DNA of 26,338 bases from Patescibacteria group bacterium (GTDB lineage: Bacteria > Patescibacteriota > Minisyncoccia > Phycocordibacterales > UBA12079): positions 1-26,338 of the forward strand of contig JAHIOZ010000098.1 in NCBI GenBank assembly GCA_018894995.1. The letters are read 5' to 3'. Both the position numbers and the translations under genes were made by a program. Of this stretch, positions 22,568 to 26,338 are shown one piece after another (the first letter of the stretch is position 1; each line of letters begins with the position of its first letter). Under the pieces are notes generated by a model. It did not search any database, was not told where the DNA came from, and saw nothing but the letters and a program-made list of their open reading frames with translations.

Positions 22568-24124
22568 ATGGAAAATCTAAACAAAAAATTTTATATTACA
22601 ACCGCCATTGATTATGTGAATGGCAAACCTCATTTAGGCCACGCTTTGGAAAAAATACAGGCGGATGTTTTGGCTCGTTACAAAAGATTGATACTAGGAG
22701 ACGATGATATATATTTTTTGACAGGTGCAGATGAGCATGGGTCTAAAATATTTAGAACAGCTGAAAAACAAGGTAAAGAAGTTCAATCTTTTGTCGATGA
22801 AAACACAGAAGTTTTTAGAAATCTTTGGAAGACATTGAATATTTCAAATAATGATTTTATCAGGACTTCCGATAAAAAAAGGCATCGGGTTGGTGCTCAG
22901 GCTTTGTGGAACAAAATTTTTGAAGCCGGTGATTTGGAGAAAGCAAAATACAGCGGTTTGTATTGTGTTGGTTGCGAAGCTTTTGTCACGGAAAAAGATT
23001 TGATTGACGGAAAATGTCCCAATCACGATACTGCACCGGAAAAAATAGAAGAAGAAAATTATTTTTTTAAAATTTCCAAATATATTGAAGATGTAAAATC
23101 AAAAATTGAATCTGATGAATTGCAAATAATTCCTGCCGGCAGAAAAAATGAGATTTTGGCGATGATTGAGAGGGGGGTGGAAGATATCAGTTTTTCTCGT
23201 CCTAAAGAAAAATTGAGTTGGGGAGTTGATATTCCCAATGATGATTCTCAAGTAATGTATGTCTGGTGTGACGCTTTGGCAAACTATATTTCTGCTTTAG
23301 GTTTTGGTTCAGATGGTGATGATAATTTTAAAAAATATTGGCCGGCTGATGTTCATATGATTGGAAAAGACATTTTGCGTTTTCATGCAATTGTTTGGCC
23401 TGCGATGTTGTTGTCGGCAGGGTTGCCCTTGCCTAAAAAAATATTTGTTCACGGATTTTTGACTTCTGATGGTAAAAAAATGTCTAAAAGTTTAGGTAAT
23501 GTTATTGACCCGGTTGATTTGATTAACGAGTACGGAACGGAAGCTTTGAGGTATTTTCTCTTGCGAGAAGTAACTCCTTTTGAAGACGGAGATATCACTT
23601 TAGAAAAATTTAAAGAAGCTTATAATGCCAATCTCGCCAACGGTTTGGGAAATTTGGTGAGTAGAATTTTAACAATGACACAAAATTCAAACGTTAATAT
23701 AGCTATTGCGGAAAGTAATAAAGATGTATTGTTTGAGCAGTTTAAGACAGATAAATTTTCAGGAATTAGAAATACTGAAACTGGAGCTGGTGGAGAAAAT
23801 TTTATAGAAAAAAAGATGCCGAGCTATCTTTTTTATGAAAAAGAACACTTTTTTATTTTTGGTGATACACTTGATTTTTTTGATTTTCAAAAAGCAATGG
23901 ATCGTATTATGGCTGATGTAAAATCAATGGATGTTTTTATTACTAGAACAGAGGTATACAGAAAAGATTCAAAAGATAGAGATAAAAATCTAATGCGACT
24001 TTTAATCAATTTAAAAAATGTAGCTTTGTCTTTGCAACCTTTTATGCCCGAAACTTCTGAAAAAATTCAACATCTAATTAAAGAAAACAAATCTCCGGAG
24101 ACACCTTTATTTAAAAGGAAGTAG
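22568..24124 (+). CDS. metG: Methionine--tRNA ligase (short form, no C-terminal Trbp domain)
   Basis: YITTAIDYVNGKPHLGH, GADEHG, CVGCE...CP.H knuckle, YVWCDAL.NY, KMSKS. Confidence 0.97.
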   Translation: MENLNKKFYITTAIDYVNGKPHLGHALEKIQADVLARYKRLILGDDDIYFLTGADEHGSKIFRTAEKQGKEVQSFVDENTEVFRNLWKTLNISNNDFIRTSDKKRHRVGAQALWNKIFEAGDLEKAKYSGLYCVGCEAFVTEKDLIDGKCPNHDTAPEKIEEENYFFKISKYIEDVKSKIESDELQIIPAGRKNEILAMIERGVEDISFSRPKEKLSWGVDIPNDDSQVMYVWCDALANYISALGFGSDGDDNFKKYWPADVHMIGKDILRFHAIVWPAMLLSAGLPLPKKIFVHGFLTSDGKKMSKSLGNVIDPVDLINEYGTEALRYFLLREVTPFEDGDITLEKFKEAYNANLANGLGNLVSRILTMTQNSNVNIAIAESNKDVLFEQFKTDKFSGIRNTETGAGGENFIEKKMPSYLFYEKEHFFIFGDTLDFFDFQKAMDRIMADVKSMDVFITRTEVYRKDSKDRDKNLMRLLINLKNVALSLQPFMPETSEKIQHLIKENKSPETPLFKRK

Positions 24125-24129
24125 TGCGT

Positions 24130-24175
24130 TTGCTTTTTCTTTTTTTTATTACTATAATCAATATTAATTAATATT
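24130..24175 (+). promoter_or_regulatory. TA-operon promoter with a palindromic operator candidate
   Basis: TTGCTT-17 bp-TATAAT (24130-24158); perfect palindrome AATATTAATTAATATT at 24160-24175. Confidence 0.6.
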
Positions 24176-24190
24176 AATCAAAATAAAATT

Positions 24191-24427
24191 ATGGTAACAA
24201 CAATGCCTATTACAAAAGCAAGGATTAATTTAGGGGCGGTGGTTAAAAGAGTCAGTTTAAATAAAGAAAGAATAATCTTGGAAAAAGATGGTTTTCCGGT
24301 TGCCGTTATCGTTGATTTGGAAACATTTGAGGATATTGTTGATTCTGTTGATTTAGAAAAAGCAGTTGGAACATCAAAAAGAGAGTTTATAAGCATAGAA
24401 AATGCAATGAAGAAATATGCTCTATAA
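24191..24427 (+). CDS. Phd/YefM-family antitoxin
   Basis: MPITKARINL..VVKRV....ERIILEKDG.PVAVIV pattern; upstream of and overlapping the toxin. Confidence 0.85.
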   Translation: MVTTMPITKARINLGAVVKRVSLNKERIILEKDGFPVAVIVDLETFEDIVDSVDLEKAVGTSKREFISIENAMKKYAL

Positions 24428-24683
24428 AGTTCTTCTTGATAAATCAGCAGATAAATCTTTAGAAAAAATAAACAAATCAGACAAACAGATTGGTCAAAAG
24501 ATTTTACTTGCTTGTTTGGAATTAAAAAATTTTTCAGAAACCTCTGCTGGAATAAAGAAACTGCACTGCCCTTTTGTTGGTTTTAGAAGAAGAGTTGGCA
24601 GGTATAGGATTTTATTTTTAGTAAATAATAAATCTGTTGAAATTTATAAAATAGGATTGAGAAATAATGTTTATAAAAAATGA
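24417..24683 (+). CDS. RelE/ParE-family toxin
   Basis: YKV.L.KSA.K.L.K...IKKL....FR.RVG.YRILF......VEI.KIG.R.NVYK. Confidence 0.88.
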   Translation: MLYKVLLDKSADKSLEKINKSDKQIGQKILLACLELKNFSETSAGIKKLHCPFVGFRRRVGRYRILFLVNNKSVEIYKIGLRNNVYKK

Positions 24684-24744
24684 TGGATTTTAATTTAAAA
24701 AGATATAATATTTAATTAAATTTATTTTGTGAAGGTCTGTTTTT

Positions 24745-24964
24745 GTAACCACTCACACTTATTAAATTTATACGATTATTGAAATTGCTCGTATATTTGA
24801 TATAGTTAGTCTGGATTGTCGCGCTATCGCTCGCAGAGACGGATTTTCCTTTGGAAAATCCGTCGACGAAATTTGGAGCGAAGCGGAGAAATGTGGCGAT
24901 CCAGACTAATTAATATCAATTATCGATTTTAATGATTTTGATATTTATAGGTGTGAGTGGTTAC
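24745..24964 (-). mobile_element. MITE-like element copy D (220 bp), inverted relative of C
   Basis: 14-bp perfect TIR; perfect 8-bp TSD CTGTTTTT. Confidence 0.88.
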
Positions 24965-24987
24965 CTGTTTTTGGTCTGTATAATATT

Positions 24988-25782
24988 ATGAAAATAAACT
25001 ATTTCGACATTCATTCACACTTAGAATCTTCTAAATTTGACCAAGATAGGGAAGAAATTATCTCTCGTATGAAAGACGAGGGTGTTTTTACAATTACTGT
25101 TGGAACGGATTTGGAAAATTCAAAAAAAGCGGTTCGGTTGGCAGATAAATATGAAAATATTTTTGCTTCAATCGGTTTGCACCCTACAGATGTAAAAGAA
25201 GATTTCAAAGAAGAAGACTATTTGGAATTGGTAAAAAATAAGAAAGTAGTAGCAATAGGAGAGTGTGGTTTGGAGTTTTTTAGACTCGGGGAAGATGCTG
25301 AAGATGAAAAACAAAGACAAATTGATATTTTTAAAAAACAAATTGATTTTGCAGTTAAATATGACAAGCCCTTGATGATTCACTGTCGTGATGCACATAC
25401 AGAAGTAATAAATATTTTAACTGAAAAGAAAAAAGAGTATGGCGAAAGACTGCGGGGAAATATTCATTTTTTCTCCGGGGATGTTGATATGGCTCAGGTT
25501 TATTTAGATCTCGGTTTTATGATGTCTTTTACCGGAGTGATAACTTTCACCAAAGATTATGATGAAGTGATTAAATTCATACCTTTGGATAAAATAATGT
25601 CAGAAACGGATGCTCCTTTTGTCGCACCAGTGCCATATCGAGGGAAAAGATGCGAGCCAACTTATGTAAAAGAGACGGTTAAAAGAATTGCAGAAATTAA
25701 AGAATTAGACGAAGAAGTCGTCAAAAAAGCGATGATTGAAAATGCCCAAGAGTTTTTTAAAATAAAAAACTTAAAGATTTAA
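24988..25782 (+). CDS. tatD: TatD-family hydrolase
   Basis: DIHSHL, GLHP, AIGECGL, IHCRDA, HFFSG, ETDAPF. Confidence 0.96.
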   Translation: MKINYFDIHSHLESSKFDQDREEIISRMKDEGVFTITVGTDLENSKKAVRLADKYENIFASIGLHPTDVKEDFKEEDYLELVKNKKVVAIGECGLEFFRLGEDAEDEKQRQIDIFKKQIDFAVKYDKPLMIHCRDAHTEVINILTEKKKEYGERLRGNIHFFSGDVDMAQVYLDLGFMMSFTGVITFTKDYDEVIKFIPLDKIMSETDAPFVAPVPYRGKRCEPTYVKETVKRIAEIKELDEEVVKKAMIENAQEFFKIKNLKI

Positions 25783-25785
25783 GAA

Positions 25786-25870
25786 GACGAATTTTGCCTT
25801 CGGCAAAATTCGTTGACAAAAAAATTAAAATAAAAAAAACCGCAAAAGCGAAGCTTTTGCGGTTTTTTTT
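25786..25870. terminator. Two triloop hairpins after tatD (second is terminator-like)
   Basis: GACGAATTTTGCC-TTC-GGCAAAATTCGTT; A8-CCGCAAAAGC-GAA-GCTTTTGCGG-T8 (18 bp perfect). Confidence 0.7.
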
Positions 25871-25969
25871 GGTTGTTTAATAGGAGTTACTTTGTTTTTG
25901 CCAATTGTTCCCGGTTCAGGTTTGAATCTAAAATTTTGTTTTTTTGTCTTTGTGTAATATAATACATCT

Positions 25970-26155
25970 ATGAAATTAATTTCTTATTTAGGTATAGTGG
26001 TGGCAGTAATCCCTTTTTTAGGTATTCCTAATTCTTGGAAAACAGTTTTTTTTGTTGTCGTTGGTCTGACAATTTTTTCTCAAGCCTATTTGTTAAAATT
26101 AAGAAGCAGAAAAAAAGATTCAAATATTGTTTTTACACAAAATAATCCTGAGTAA
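25970..26155 (+). CDS. Small two-TM hypothetical protein (frame stays open past the TAA to 26236)
   Basis: LGIVVAVIPFLGIP.SWKT.FFVVVGL hydrophobic pattern; TATAAT 6 nt upstream of ATG. Confidence 0.75.
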   Translation: MKLISYLGIVVAVIPFLGIPNSWKTVFFVVVGLTIFSQAYLLKLRSRKKDSNIVFTQNNPE

Positions 26156-26238
26156 ATCAGAAGTGAATTTAATTATGGTGAAGAAGAAAAAATTGATTCC
26201 ACTGATATTGGTAATGATAAAAAAAATTTTGAATAAAA

Positions 26239-26338
26239 ATGGTTAATGGTAAAGAAAAAGAAAAAGATGCAAAAATTTCTACAAAACCTATTTTTGTAGG
26301 CTTTTTTTTGATGGCTTCTCTAATTGTCTCTTACACAA
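26239..26338 (+). CDS. 3'-truncated ORF with an N-terminal hydrophobic segment
   Basis: MVNGKEKEKDAKISTKPIFVGFFLMASLIVSYT, open to the window end. Confidence 0.45.
   Translation, partial: MVNGKEKEKDAKISTKPIFVGFFLMASLIVSYT

Noticed and set aside
12652-24964. CRISPR array or integron attC interpretation of the repeats
   Set aside because: Copies are kb apart, in both orientations, with no regular repeat-spacer units. No cas or integrase gene is present, and TIR plus 8-bp TSD fits a transposable element better.
24979-24987. Leaderless promoter for tatD supplied by MITE D
   Set aside because: TATAAT is only 3 nt before the ATG, and no credible -35 box lies at the right spacing in the TIR.
1-26338. 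Alternative genetic code (TGA=Gly, as in Gracilibacteria/Absconditabacteria)
   Set aside because: rplK, glyQS and the RelE toxin end correctly at TGA, and long genes contain no in-frame TGA.

Overview
AT-rich window, standard genetic code (TGA used as stop), with the gene content of a reduced Patescibacteria/CPR (Parcubacteria-like) chromosome; the taxonomy is inferred. Core genes: tRNA-His, secE-nusG-rplK (no rplA after it), argS, ileS (type 2, with an inserted histidine-phosphatase domain), recO, glyQS, an M16 peptidase, an AI-2E transporter, metG and tatD. Accessory genes: a dCMP deaminase + ThyA-like pair, a wHTH/membrane fusion, a truncated dinD, a pRiA4b ORF3-like gene, a Phd/RelE toxin-antitoxin pair and several orphans. 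The most unusual signals are in the DNA itself. (1) Four copies of a 200-285 bp MITE-like element with GTAACCACTCACAC terminal inverted repeats and 8-bp target-site duplications carry nested, variable palindromic cargo. (2) A CGTC-tagged REP-like frame has a loop that ranges from 6 to 74 nt. (3) Many GACG...CGTC hairpins have purine triloops. (4) Palindromic and 7-nt-periodic inserts sit in frame inside argS, ileS and glyQS. (5) The 3' end of the first ORF is almost adenine-free and looks like a DGR variable region. No transposase, reverse transcriptase or CRISPR array was seen. All family assignments are by motif recognition only; no searches were run.
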